Source: Sphyrna mokarran (Eukaryota). Taken from it: a stretch of DNA of 64,000 bases. The translations under genes were made by a program, and so were the position numbers. This document shows positions 11,487 through 23,339 of the stretch, in pieces. The notes beneath the pieces were generated by a model. That model saw only the letters and a program-made list of their open reading frames with translations. It had not been told where the DNA came from and made no database searches. The number at the start of each line of letters is the position of its first letter. Position 1 is the first letter of the stretch. The stretch is taken from assembly GCA_024679065.1 (NCBI GenBank), contig JAGIQG010000009.1:99262001-99326000 (forward strand), read 5' to 3'.

Positions 11487-12849
11487 GATGGGTAAATCCC
11501 GAGGCAACCACTCCTTATCAAGCATTGACAGAAGGCAAGCAAAAAGCTCACAAGCTTGAATCATCGTGGGTGGCATTTATTTTCACCAGTCTAGCCAACT
11601 GAGGTGATTGTTAACAAATAGTAGCACACTAACTACCTTGACAACAAAACCCTATATCACATTTTGGAGCGTTGCATCCGTTAAATTAAGAATATTGGTA
11701 ACGATGAGAAGACAGTTACGATAAGGAAAAATCATAAAATGTACTGACGTTAACATCTAACCATATATCGATATATCAGACATAGACTATTGTTCATTGT
11801 AATGGCAGACAATGTTAACTCGTCTCTTGATATTGTTCTGAATCACTACACTATACCTCTCTGGGAGGACGTTGCTTATATTGCTTAACAGATGCCTCTA
11901 TCACAGGTAGTCATATGTTGGGAGATCCCATATGCAATTATTTTTCACATTGAAATGCAGTGGCTTCGTCGTTTTAAACCATTGAAGGGTTTAATTTGTC
12001 ACATCTCAGTGATAACAAGTTTCTTCTTCTTTAGTATATTCATGGTTTCCTGTTGCAGTTAATAGAGACAAAAACGTCGGCATAAACACAGAACGTTGAC
12101 TTTCAATCTTTGGTGTTCCAATATTGCCACGTTAGGAACACTGAACCCATACTACATAGACATCAACGGACAGAAGTTGAATATTTCTTATCTTGTGTCA
12201 CAAGAGACATAGGCAGCGTGGCTTAAAAGTCAGTGAACGCACTTCTGGCAATATCTACTCCAGCTCCAACGACTACACAGAATGACTAGCGTGAAATCAT
12301 TAGTTGGAGAATCCTTATATTTAACTTTTTAAGAATCAATGATCTAACTCTGCCTTACAAGCAATGCAACTATGATAAAATTAAATTGTCCGTACCTTGC
12401 TCACACAAAGTCGCAATGTTTACCGCTTTGCCCTTCTAACCTCTACAGTCACTCGGGTCAATAAGTTTAAGAAACTCATCTCAGACAACAAAAATCGACA
12501 TTACTGTACATTTGGCGCTACTCTGATGCCCCAATTCCATTCATAAAATAAAATACCAATATCTGAATTGGCAGACACAGAGCAGGAGCATCTTCATCTT
12601 CATCTTCGAAATTTAATATTCCTCAAATCTCTAGAAAGTGATATTCAGTCTGCACGTTTATGTTCGCGAAAAGCTTAAGCAGCAGAAGGTTGTACAAACA
12701 AATTTGCTGATGCATTAAAGTTTGTCATGCAGAATGTTCCATAGAAACTAAATAAACTATTGCTTTGATTGAGATTTTGCCTTGGCGTTATATGATTTGA
12801 ACGCAGCCTCATAAGATTACAATGTTTACGCTGCCTAATTCCAACTGAC

Positions 12850-12873
12850 CGTTCAGTGTTTTGAGTGTTTCAG
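12850..12873 (-). CDS. 24-nt microexon, AETLKTLN
   Basis: tgtcttctgtctcacag|CTGAAACACTCAAAACACTGAACG|gtcagt. Confidence 0.75.
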
Positions 12874-13556
12874 CTGTGAGACAGAAGACATAGATCATCA
12901 ACAAATACGAAAAATATTTTTGCAACTGAAAATAAAGGAATTAGTTTAATTATGATTACATTCAATTAGTTACTTATCGTCCTTTAATTATAAATATTCA
13001 AATTCTTGAATGATGATGCTGCAATTTGCCTACTGTTCATATTGAACCTAATATAACATATTAACAGTTGTTGTTTCCATGTTTTGCATAATAAACCCAT
13101 ATCATTGTTTTCAACATTATTTCAGATCTAACTTTACATTAAATCATAGCCAATATCCAGTTTGTATGCTTTTGTGACAGCCATAATCTATGCGAGAAAA
13201 ACTCCTTTTTCACGGTTGGAAGCTTTGCTGACAGGGTCAGCATTATTATCTTTCCCTAATTGCCGTTGAGACAGTCCTGACGATCTGCTTTAAAAAGAAT
13301 TAGTTAATTATTAAGGAATCATTATAATATGGTAAGCCATGAAGTATTAATAACGGATAAAAAATATAAAGGATTATCTTTATTCGTTAAGTGAAGGTGT
13401 GTGATTTGACGTATAACCATTTGAACGCCAAAGCATTTCCTGCATTTCTGTTTTTAGTTTATTTCCACATTGACTTCCATTCCTTGCGTCGCAATAAATA
13501 TAACTTCCACATATCAAGAAACTGCTTATAACTATGAACATATATTCCTCAATTAC

Positions 13557-13583
13557 CAAGCTTTACTTGCAGTGCGTCTCTCT
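13557..13583 (-). CDS. 27-nt microexon, ERDALQVKL
   Basis: ctttatttcctttcag|AGAGAGACGCACTGCAAGTAAAGCTTG|gtaatt; ends AGCTTG like the 29135 exon. Confidence 0.75.
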
Positions 13584-13954
13584 CTGAAAGGAAATAAAGC
13601 GTACATAACACTCATTACGGGAAGCTTTAATTACGAATGCATCACTGAGTTATTGGAGAATTCTGAGCTCAAAAAGTCAAGGCGGATTTGTAAAGAGCGG
13701 AACGTACCTAACAGCACTATTTGATTTTGTAATGTAATGTCGAGGGATTTAGACATAGCGCCAATAAAGAGGGCAACAGGAAAATGAACATTTACGTAAC
13801 TGTAGGCAGATTTTTCGCATGAAATCTCATTACAGTCAAATTATTACTGATGATCAATAACCATACAGTGTAATGATAGGGAAAAATTTTTCGGAATATA
13901 GATCGAGATAGTAATAATGTAAATAACAAGCAAGAGAAGAATTTAAATAGCATG

Positions 13955-14070
13955 ATCAGGTCAACGGGGAGAACGTGCACACTCCACACAGACAGCAAAC
14001 CAAGGCTGGAATCAAATCCATTTCCTTGGGGCTGTGAGACAATATTGCTCCTCACAGTGCGATCTTGTCA
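13955..14070 (-). mobile_element. SINE 5' fragment
   Basis: acggggagaacgtgcacactccacacagacag matches the other copies. Confidence 0.75.
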
Positions 14071-14339
14071 CTACTATGGGTAAGAATTGGTCAAATAGAT
14101 CAAAGTGTCAGGTAGAAATTTATTACGACATTGCAAACCTCCTGGCGCAGAGTTAAAAGTAAATATGGAAACGACGAGAAATATCAACATTTACTTTGTT
14201 GGAAGGCCAGGTTCAATGGTTTGAGAACAGATCTCTGCTGGATGTGCTGGAATCAAAAACTGACAGGCAAAAATGTAATCCAGTAATATATTGTCTTTAG
14301 AATCAAATGGTTATGGAATGGTTATAGTGCAGAAGGCGC

Positions 14340-15070
14340 AAATATAGGCCAGCCTGTACCTTTTGTTCCTGGGATATAATTTTTTCGATAGGATAATATG
14401 GACCAAATCTCAGTAACTAAGAGAAGTGTGATTTGGTTAATTACGTCAGAATGGATTTATTAAAAGAAAATCGTATCATGCTAACTTGATTGCATTGTCT
14501 AGAAAAATTGCACCTCAAATAATAAAGCGGAGAATGGGGTATGCCTCTGCTATTCGACAGTGAGAGGAAACAGAATGGTGGATCACTATCCATTTTCATA
14601 TTGGAGGAAGCAATGTAGAGGCGTTCTTCAGGAGTTGCTTCCAGGACCACTGCCTGTTTTTTAGTTTTCTCATAAACTTGAGCATGTAGCAAAAAATGTA
14701 AGCACTGCAGGTGATAGAACAGTTGTTTATCTCATGAACTACGGTGTAGGGGGTGATGGTCTTCTACAGGATGCAGGCTTGAAGAAACGTAGAACACCAA
14801 TGCAAAGTCGTTAACTATGTAATCAAAATAGATAGGAGGAAAATCCTTTCTTTATTTTGGATTTTTTAAAAATACGGAATATCTGAAAATATAGCAGAGA
14901 AGGTCTCAATCATCTCCTTCAAAAGTATTTTATCATCACCGAAAGGAGTAAAGTAAAACCCGCAGGACTACATGATAGGGGCTGGGGAGACGGAATTGCT
15001 AAATTGCTCTGGGAGAGAAAGAGCACTAAAATGACAGTTTAAATCATCCACATCTGCATTATAATCACTG
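14340..15070 (+). mobile_element. Highly decayed CR1 RT and 3' end
   Basis: WRKQCRGVLQELLPGPL resembles W..V.SGVPQGSVLGPL; a degenerate SKFADD follows, then a CR1-like tail. Confidence 0.6.
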
Positions 15071-15779
15071 TTGATGAATCTGTGATTCGATATTTATTAA
15101 TAACGACATAATGCAAGGAATATTTCTATTCCCGAGTCTGCAAAAGACACAAAGCTTCGAGGTATATATTGAGTTAAAGGTTACTTTAAAATGTTTGATT
15201 CTAGTCAGTTTTTTAGGGATTAGAATCACACATTTTGAAATGTTGGTCGCAGATCTTTACTTTCTGTACAAACTTCAGATTTCAAGCGAAGTCGCGTGGT
15301 ACAAACCACAAAACGTTTTCGCTGTTCTAGTGTGACAGAGATTCACACCACGTTAGTGCTCCATTTAATTTCAAAAGAGGAGCATTTGAATAAATGAAGA
15401 GGTAAAAATTGCTCCGTTTTAACCAGTGTCTACGCCTTCTTCATTGGAGCCTAACATATAATAATAACGATATTGATACTTAGCGGGTAACTATGGTTCC
15501 TCTTATTCCCAAAAGATAACGCAATTATTCACGCTACTTATGTAACAAGAGCAAACGGTCCATTAAGCATATCAGATATTCTATTGTTCTATAATAAAAA
15601 AATCAACTGATTTCTGCTAAACAATGCACATTTAGTTAGATTGCCGATTGCTGTTTCCACAGAAGACAATGCAAAATAACATTTAGTTCACTTTAGGAAC
15701 GGCGGCAGGTACGACAATTCAACTGATAAATACTGAAAAACACTTGACTTAATAGTCCCATTTAAAGTGACAGGCCATG

Positions 15780-16620
15780 GAAAAGTTAAATGCCTAAAGT
15801 AAGTGGATTTGATTTGCGAGTTGGGGGTATTGGACATCATAGGGTTGGGTGTCGGACATTAGGGGGATTGTTGTGGTGGAAGTTGGTGCTTGGACATCAG
15901 GCAGAGAGACGGACAGCGTCAGCTTCAGCAGACGCTCCCCGTACTTTCCATTTCTTTACTGTACAAAAAAAAGTATTTCCTTGGCTCTGTGAAACAGTCG
16001 TGCTCATCACAGTGCGATCTTGTTGGCCCACCAAACTGGGTATGGAGTCAAAGACTGGTGCATCGGAAATGGGGAATGGATTCGTGTGTACAAATATCAG
16101 GGCGATTGTGTGTTTTACCTCGCGTGTTCAGGCACCGGGACACATCGGATATTAAGGGTTCGGACATCAAACAAGTGAATGGAGGGGTGGCAGATATCTC
16201 GAACTATGTTGTGTTGGACATTGGGAGTGAATGAGGTGTCGAAAATCCTGGGCAGTGGGTTTGTGATAGTGTCTTGCGTCGAGGGCGTAGGGTTTTGGTC
16301 AGTTGGGTGATTGATTGGATTCGTCAAAGGCAATGGAGGCAGTCAGTCGGGACAGAATGTTGAAACGGAGTCCTTCCATGTGTAATTGGGCCAGGTTGGT
16401 TTGGAGATATGCAGTCAGTACAGTTGGGGGTGCGGCGGTGTGATGCGTTCCAGTAGGCACGTGTCCAGTCTCGAGTCAGATCGAGGATGTTTTGGATACA
16501 TTCATTCCGTTGGCGTTCAGGGATGGGGAACACGCTGGGGATGGAAGTTTGGTGTAGGTATGATTCAGAAGCGGCGAGGATGTCAGCTTTGGGATCGAAA
16601 GAGTTGGCTGGCGCTGGTTG
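15780..16620 (-). mobile_element. Decayed LINE endonuclease-like remnant, clade uncertain
   Basis: ADILAASESYL....FPIP and LTNPINHPT....QHNIV resemble APE motifs; strong strand asymmetry. Confidence 0.4.
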
Positions 16621-17017
16621 TTGTGTTAAAAATATTGACACTGAAGTCAGAAGTCGTTTTACATGTTCTAGTTTTTTTTTCAGCTTACATGTTAGCATAG
16701 CAGTGGTAGAACCATGTGAAGCTAGTCGTTTTAATGGCTTTGTTTGACGGTTCCCAGCGCACAACAGTCGTCCAAGTGATGTTGGATTACCTTCGCGTAT
16801 ACTCCTAGTTGTGAATTACCAAAAAAGTTCACTTAGTACATCTTTGGTGTGCCACCCAAAAAATGACACGGGGTGGGGGGTGGGGCGGGTATGGGGGGGA
16901 GGTGGATGTGGATTGGGGGCGGACAGGGAATTACATCATTACATCGTTTCGGCAAGTTTGGAATATGGTCATATTTTGCATTAGAATATCCATTTAGCAT
17001 ATTAGGAACTGACTAAC

Positions 17018-17044
17018 CTTGTGTCACGTCTTCAAGTGAGGTTC
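17018..17044 (-). CDS. 27-nt microexon, GTSLEDVTQ
   Basis: atatttctctcaacag|GAACCTCACTTGAAGACGTGACACAAG|gttagt; stops in phases 0 and 2, so only phase 1 is open. Confidence 0.78.
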
Positions 17045-17839
17045 CTGTTGAGAGAAATATAACGTTGAAAACAAAAATCATGAATTAGTATATTTAACAT
17101 AATGATTGTATTTGCAGGCACAAAATGAGGCACAAATCATTGATTGCAATGAAAGGTTATGGAAAAATGTATGGATAAGTGGTTCGCTGTCTTGCCTGGT
17201 TAACTTGAAGAATTGACATTGACTCAATTTCAGAAATATTTAAACAAGAATAAGAAGTGTTGAATATTCATCACATCAACAGTTTCCGTTAAGAAACTGA
17301 AAACAGTTTCAGCAATTGTTTGCTTTAAATACTAAAATACAACATATTTGTGAGCAACGTAGGAAAAGCGGCGAGCAAATGGGAATACATGCAACTATAA
17401 AGAGAAGTACCGAATCAAAGAGAGTGAATGAATGAGAATTCTCCGTAATACATAGCTGCTAAAATATTTTAAGTTTATTGAAAAAATTGATTATCATCAA
17501 CGCAAAAGACTATTAAAATTGATTGCTTGTGAAAGGAATTGGGGGAAAACACATGCGAGTAATCAAGTGAGAAAATGGGACACATTTGAGAAGAAACACT
17601 TGGAAAAGAGCGGAGAATTACATCTTGGCCGTGATGTGGGTAATGTGTAATACCAGCTGACGAAGCCTGAGTTTTATTGACTTAAACTAAAGGACCCTTG
17701 CGACAGGTGAGACTGCATTTGAATTCTGCTCTCTTTATTTAAGGAGGGATGTGATTAACTTCGGAGAATATTCTATTGATCACTGAAATGGAATTATTTC
17801 ATTCCTAAGAAATAATCCATCCTAGGTGGGATTATTTCA

Positions 17840-18370
17840 TAGAATCACAAAGTCTATAGCGTAGAAGGAGGCTACTTCGCACATCGAGCCTGCACCATCA
17901 ATAATTTCACCTAGGTCCCATCTCTGCACCCCCATATATATTTACCCTTCTAACCCCGTGATACTAAGGGGCAATTTAGCATGGCCAATCGACTGAACCC
18001 GCACATTTTTGGACTGAGGAAGGAAACAGGAACACCTGGAGGAACCCTACTCAGTAAGAGGTCTGACAGCACCAATTTTAAATCCAACCGATTTATTTGT
18101 TAGTAAACTCGCTAGCTTTCGGCGTTTGTGCCTTCGTCACGCGAATGAGGTGTTCATTCACCTGATGAAGGCACAAACGCCGAAAGCTAGCGAGTTTACT
18201 ATCAAATAAATCGGTTGTATTTAAAATTGGTATTTTCAGACCTCTTACTGAGTTTACCCCAGTCCAACGCCGGCATCTCTACATCGGAATCCTACTCAGA
18301 CAGGGAAGGCTGTTCAAATCCCCACAGTTCACCTGAGGCCGGAACAGAGGTTAGCAACAGTGCCGCCCAT
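17840..18370 (-). mobile_element. HE1-like SINE interrupted by a Penelope fold-back, itself inside an old CR1 remnant (~17300-18680, +)
   Basis: SINE core aagggGcaatttagcatggccaatc...ttggactg...ggaaac resumes after 18290; flanks carry CR1-like RGDL.E..KILRG. Confidence 0.75.
18049..18285. mobile_element. Short Penelope terminal insertion forming an inverted repeat with ~100-bp arms and hammerhead-like cores
   Basis: Arms 18049-18148 and 18154-18253 with a 5-nt loop; CTGATGA-aggc-acaaac-gcc-GAAA at 18162; TSD-like ggaaccctactcag (18041-18054) / ggaatcctactcag (18286-18299). Confidence 0.85.
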
Positions 18371-19164
18371 GAGGGAACGCTGGGAAAGTTGTGCAAATAT
18401 CCATTCGTGCTCAGAAATGTTAATGGTGACCTTACTGAAAAGATTCATATTCTGAGAGGAACTGACTGACTCAATGCTGAAAGAAGATTCCCTCTTATGG
18501 GAGAAGCCAAAACTAAGACTCATTGTTCAAAAATAGGAGGTTTTGCATTTAAGGTGAGGATGAGGAAAATTCTCTGTACCTTTCTCTGAGTGTGGAATTG
18601 GCTTCCCTGGACACCATGTAGCCAGCCATTTTGGACGACGGTGGATTAATCCACAATTGTAGATTAACTTCCTGAGCCACATTAAACTCAGTTGGGTGAA
18701 AAATATAACACAGGAGACTTGTATACAGGATTTTATTTGGGCGTCGCTGGTTAGACCAGCGTTTGTTGCCCATCACAAATTTTCTTTGAGAAGGCAGCGT
18801 TGAAATACTTTCTTAAAACTGCAGGCCATATCGTACAGGGCACCCACAATGTAGACAGTAAGGCAATTCTGGGATTTGTACGTAGAGACAGTGAAGGAAA
18901 GGCGATAATATTCCAAGTGAATTCATGTGTACGTTGGGCATATGTTGATGCCAAGTCGTCCGTCCATGTTCTGTTGTAGTAATTTGATGTGTTCAGTTGA
19001 TTGGGGTAACAGTCAAACTCATTGCTCTGCTCCTGGGAGTCACAAATAGGGCACATCGGACCTAGTTGGATGGCATATTTCCTTCCTTGAATTTTGTTAC
19101 TGGGACTTTAGAGCAACCGATAATTGTTTCTAAAGTTTTTCAAGCTAATTTATTCGTATAGAAA

Positions 19165-19425
19165 GTAAGCTTATAGTAACGTTGCAATGAAGATACTTTG
19201 AAAATCCCCTAGCTGTCGTGCTCTTTTGGGTACACTAAAAGAGAATGTAGCCCGGCCAATGCATTTATCCAGCACGTTTTTCGAGCTGTGGAAGGAAACT
19301 GGAGCACTTGAAGAATCCTACACAGACATGGGAAGAACTTGCAGGCTCCATGACTTAAACGAGGAATTGTACCCGGGCCTCTCGTTCTGTGAGGCAGCAG
19401 TGCTAACCAATGAGCCACCATGCCA
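19165..19425 (-). mobile_element. HE1-like SINE
   Basis: Same core and head (tgtgaggcagcagtgctaaccaatgagccacc). Confidence 0.88.
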
Positions 19426-19717
19426 TCAAAGTAATGCCGCCAGTTCCACTAGGATTATTAATTCAATTCAAATTCCACTGTACAATTTGCACGTGTTTTC
19501 CTCAATATTATTTCCAATATTACTATTCCGGTGACATTATCATACGCCCCCGCCTCCCCTTATTCTCTGAGCCCGGAATTGTGATTTTAACGCAATTAAA
19601 ATGGTTAAATAGAATATTGCAAGTATATTGCATAATACTCCAATCATATACCGCTACTTTCAGCCAAATGCCAGAATTTGAATACATGAGCCAAGGAACA
19701 TGTTTTCATCTTCTTAC

Positions 19718-19741
19718 CAGGAGCCTTTTCTCCTGTTGGTG
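19718..19741 (-). CDS. 24-nt microexon, TPTGEKAP
   Basis: ctgtatttctctgcag|CACCAACAGGAGAAAAGGCTCCTG|gtaaga. Confidence 0.8.
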
Positions 19742-19954
19742 CTGCAGAGAAATACAGGTAAAATTTTTAAAGTTACATTTTTAGGAGACCCGGAACTAAC
19801 TGAATAGCACAAATTCCACCCACTGGCATTGATTTGTATATAAAAAAGACTGATGGCGTTTGGTAGTCTTTCATTTATGCGACGTAATGACAGTGGATGA
19901 ATTTATTACAGCGTATTTCATCATGGCAGATTAATTTTAAAGTTACCTATCAGT

Positions 19955-20230
19955 CACTAATCGGCTTATATCCATACTGCAATGAAATTACTGTGAAAGT
20001 TCTCTAGTCGCTCCACTTCGGCGCCCGTTCGCGTATACTGAAGCAGAATTTCGCATGGCCTAACCAGTACATGTTTGAACTGTGGAAAGAAACCAGAGCA
20101 CACGGAGGAAACTCACGCAGAAAAGGGGAGAATGCACAAATTCCACACAGACAGTGATCCAAGCCGGGAATTGAAGCAGTGGCTTTGGCGCAGTGAGGCA
20201 GCAGTGCTAACCATTGTGCCACTGTGCCGG
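19955..20230 (-). mobile_element. HE1-like SINE inserted in duplication copy A
   Basis: SINE tail gcaatgaaattactgtgaaa and head cagtgaggcagcagtgctaaccattgtgccactgtgcc. Confidence 0.88.
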
Positions 20231-20627
20231 CTTTGCAAATTGGCTGTCTATATTCGAAAATGTTGCCTATTTAGTTATGTTTGCTGATTACCGAATTCAG
20301 AATGATATATCGGTCAGTTGAGACGACTGTAAAATAACCGCATTTGGCATTCATCGAGCATTAGCGGGAATAACCGGATGAGCAACAGCAAAGAAACCAG
20401 TGAGTTAACACGGAGCCCAAACCAAATTCAAGGCAATACAATTGCTACAACGCCACCGCCTTCCCTTAGTACCTGAACCTCGAGCTGTGATTTTAATGCA
20501 ACTAAACTGATTACACAGAACATCACGAGCGTGCCTCGTAATTCCCAGTCATATGCCGCCAGTTTTGATCAAATACAAAAATTTCAATACGTCAGCCAAT
20601 ACCAGAAATATTTTTTCTTCCACATAC

Positions 20628-20644
20628 TATCAGCTCTGTTGTGG
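20628..20644 (-). pseudogene. 17-nt frameshifting exon-like unit, duplicate of the 19718-19741 exon
   Basis: cccttttctttgcag|CCACAACAGAGCTGATA|gtatgt at the homologous position in the tandem duplicate; length not a multiple of 3. Confidence 0.5.
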
Positions 20645-21319
20645 CTGCAAAGAAAAGGGCGCACTATTTTCAGTTGTACTTTTGAGATGCGTGGCAATAA
20701 ATCATCACCACAAATTCCACCCACCGAGCTTGACAGGTATGAAAAACTGGATCTTTTATTCGCGCGACGTAATGGTAGCGGATGAATCTATTGCAGAGCA
20801 TTTCAGTTTAATCACTGCATATTAACTTCATAGCTCGGTTGCCTATATTCGACAATGTTGACCGTTCGATTGTGAGCTGCTCATTACTGAATTTCGAACG
20901 ATATACTGGCCAGCCGGAATTAATGTAGCATTTGGCATTTCCTCATCCATTAGGGGAACAGCGAGTGGAGAAATAGCAAGGAGACAATTGAGCTAACACA
21001 GCGCCCAAATAGAACTGAAATGAATAAAATCGGAAGAGGCATATGACAGACGGCCGGCCCAGAATCTTTTACATTTTGACATGCAATGGAAATATGACAT
21101 AAAGTATGAAGGTTGACGGAATTCTATGTTTCGTGAGGTTCAATCGCAATAGAAAGCGTAATTGCCAATTGTCCATTCAATGGCTCGATAACTCGATAAT
21201 CCCATTAACCCTCTCAAGGTGAATAACAGGAAACATTTTGAGTTTTATTTGAATAAAGAAACAAGAAAAAAAACGCATGCTTGAACGCTAAATGTAAAAT
21301 GGGCATTAATAAATGTAGG

Positions 21320-21500
21320 AAATTCTACATGGCCTCTAGGTCATTGAGCGTCTTTAAGACGGAGATAGATAGGTTCTTGATTAATAAGGGGATCAGTGGT
21401 TATGGGGAAAAAGCAGGAGAATGGGGTTGAGAAAAAAATCAGCTGTGATTGAATGGTCAAGTGGCATAATCCTCCTCCTATGTCTCATGGTTTTGTGCCC
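21320..21500 (+). mobile_element. CR1 3' end fragment
   Basis: gagatagataggttcttgattaataaggggatcagtggttatggggaaaaagcaggagaatggggttgag. Confidence 0.75.
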
Positions 21501-22251
21501 TCTTCGTAGGGGAAATTGCAAATTTAAATCCATGCTATTGTTCAGCAGTGACAGGCAATTGTTTTTTGTTTTCACACTCCACATTCGAAGACTGGCATGA
21601 ATTTGGATTAGTTTGCAATGATTTAATTGTTGACCTACGTCTGTGGATATAGGCCTCGCCATTTCACAGGGGGCAACTGATGTAATTTGTAGGCAAATAA
21701 TTATATTTCATGAATCAACGATGCCTGCCACATCTAAACGGAGAACCATCATCCTTATTAGTTCTCATTGAGGCTCGGATTTTTGCCTAAACGAATTCGC
21801 AAGAAGAATCAGTACGATTGCAGCTTTAATAATGATGAACTCAATATTGTCCTCTGTGAGGAAACAGAAATGTAGGCGATTCATTGGCAAAACGTGGATG
21901 CATTACAAATCGTTTCCCATTACAAGTTGCAGTATTGCAACTCAAATGCTGACCAGCGGTATGTCTAAACGTTCACCCGCTGCCAAGATCAGCTGCTGCA
22001 CAAGGTCAGCAAGGAAACTATGTTAAGTATAACCACCAATTTAATCAACGCATCGCCGAAATTTCTTTAATGTCACTCAGTGCAAATCTTAGAAATCTCC
22101 ATGAAACAGCAACGCGGCTGGTTTCATTGCCACCTGCAGCAGTTCACTGTAAAGCCTCACAAACTTTCTCAAAATAGACTAGGAACTTCTGCCTGTATAT
22201 ACATTACATATATATAAAATGTTAAAAAAATGCAAAATCAATCATTCCTAC

Positions 22252-22290
22252 TTGTAGTTTCTGTGTCAGGACTTAGTTTTTTCCGTAAAT
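22252..22290 (-). CDS. 39-nt exon, DLRKKLSPDTETT
   Basis: tatctttgttttcag|ATTTACGGAAAAAACTAAGTCCTGACACAGAAACTACAA|gtagga; start resembles the DLKKKVKA exon. Confidence 0.68.
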
Positions 22291-22754
22291 CTGAAAACAA
22301 AGATATTTCGACAAATGAACAACATGAGGCAAATTGCGTCAGCCTATCTGTTTAGAATATTCTTTCACATTGATTAGACTGAATTAAAGGGCACGTATCA
22401 GTTAAATATGTTCAATTATGCGGAAAGTTGAACTAATTAGCGTTTCTTTCATTTCAGGAAGTATGTTTCCGGAGAGATGATCATCATTCATATCTAAATA
22501 TATATGGATTTACGAATATTGAATATTATAATATTAGCTTCTATATGGTCAATGTTTTTGAGCAATTACCGAGGCCAGTATCTGATTATGGTCGTATAGA
22601 GTGCCTTTACCACCTTTGGTAATGGAATGTGATATCAGATAATAATGTAACAAGTGTCATATTCGGCGCCGTCGATTTTGCACCAGCACTAACGGCAAAC
22701 ATCGGTGACAATAATCAATGAAATCAAATCTGAATCAGTTAGGAGATTGTAATT

Positions 22755-23290
22755 CAAATTTGATTTCATTGATTATTGCCACATGTATCTCATAGAGTGG
22801 AAAGTGTTTTTGCTTACGATATGGAAAAAGCATACCGTTCATAAAGAAAGAAGGGAGACAGTGCAGAAAATAGCGTTACAGTCATAACTAGAGTTTAGAG
22901 AAAGATCAACTTAATGCAAGGTAGGTCCATTCAAAGCTTTGATGGCAGCAAGTAAGAAGCTGTTCTCCAGTCGATTGGTCCGTGACCTCAGACTTTTGTA
23001 TCTTTCTCCCAACCAAAGAGGGTAGAAGCGAGAATGTCCGGGGTGCGTGGTGTCCTTAATTATGCTGCTGCTTTTCCAAGGCAGCACGAAGCATAGATGG
23101 AGTCGATGTGTGGGAGCTGGTTTTCATGATAGACTGGACTACATCAAGACCCTTTGTAGTTACTAACGGTCTTGGGCAGAGCAGGTGCTTTACCAAGCTG
23201 TGATATAACCACATAGAATGCTTTCTATGGTGCATCTATAGAAGTTAGCGAGCGTTGTAGCTGACATGCCAAATTTCCTTAGTGTTCTGT
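22755..23290 (-). mobile_element. Rex1/Babar-like LINE 3' end
   Basis: Minus strand LRKFGMSATTLANFYRCTIESIL...IIKDTTHPGHS...KRYKSLRSRTNRLENSFL. Confidence 0.8.
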
Positions 23291-23339
23291 ACTAAAAGAG
23301 AAACACTAGAAATTGGTAGGTAGTTGGTTGAAAGTAGAG

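Larger units (their letters stand above)
19545..21032. repeat. Diverged tandem duplication of a ~580-bp exon-plus-intron unit; copy A 19545-20443 carries a SINE, copy B is 20451-21032
   Basis: Collinear blocks in both copies: cgcc.ccgcct.ccctta, tgtgattttaaYgcaa, cacaaattccacccac, gcgacgtaatg..ag.ggatgaat, gcatttggcatt, gagYtaacac...gcccaaa. Confidence 0.85.

Noticed and set aside
14441-14710. Minus-strand open frame with splice-like ends, superficially IL-1-like (LHAQVYEKTKKQAVVL...)
   Set aside because: It is the antisense of a decayed CR1 RT (GVPQGSVLGP- and FADD-like remnants on +) and is phase 0, incompatible with the array.
16870-16925. G-rich tracts (also ~28590-28640) as functional G-quadruplexes
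   Set aside because: Low-complexity G runs with no supporting context.
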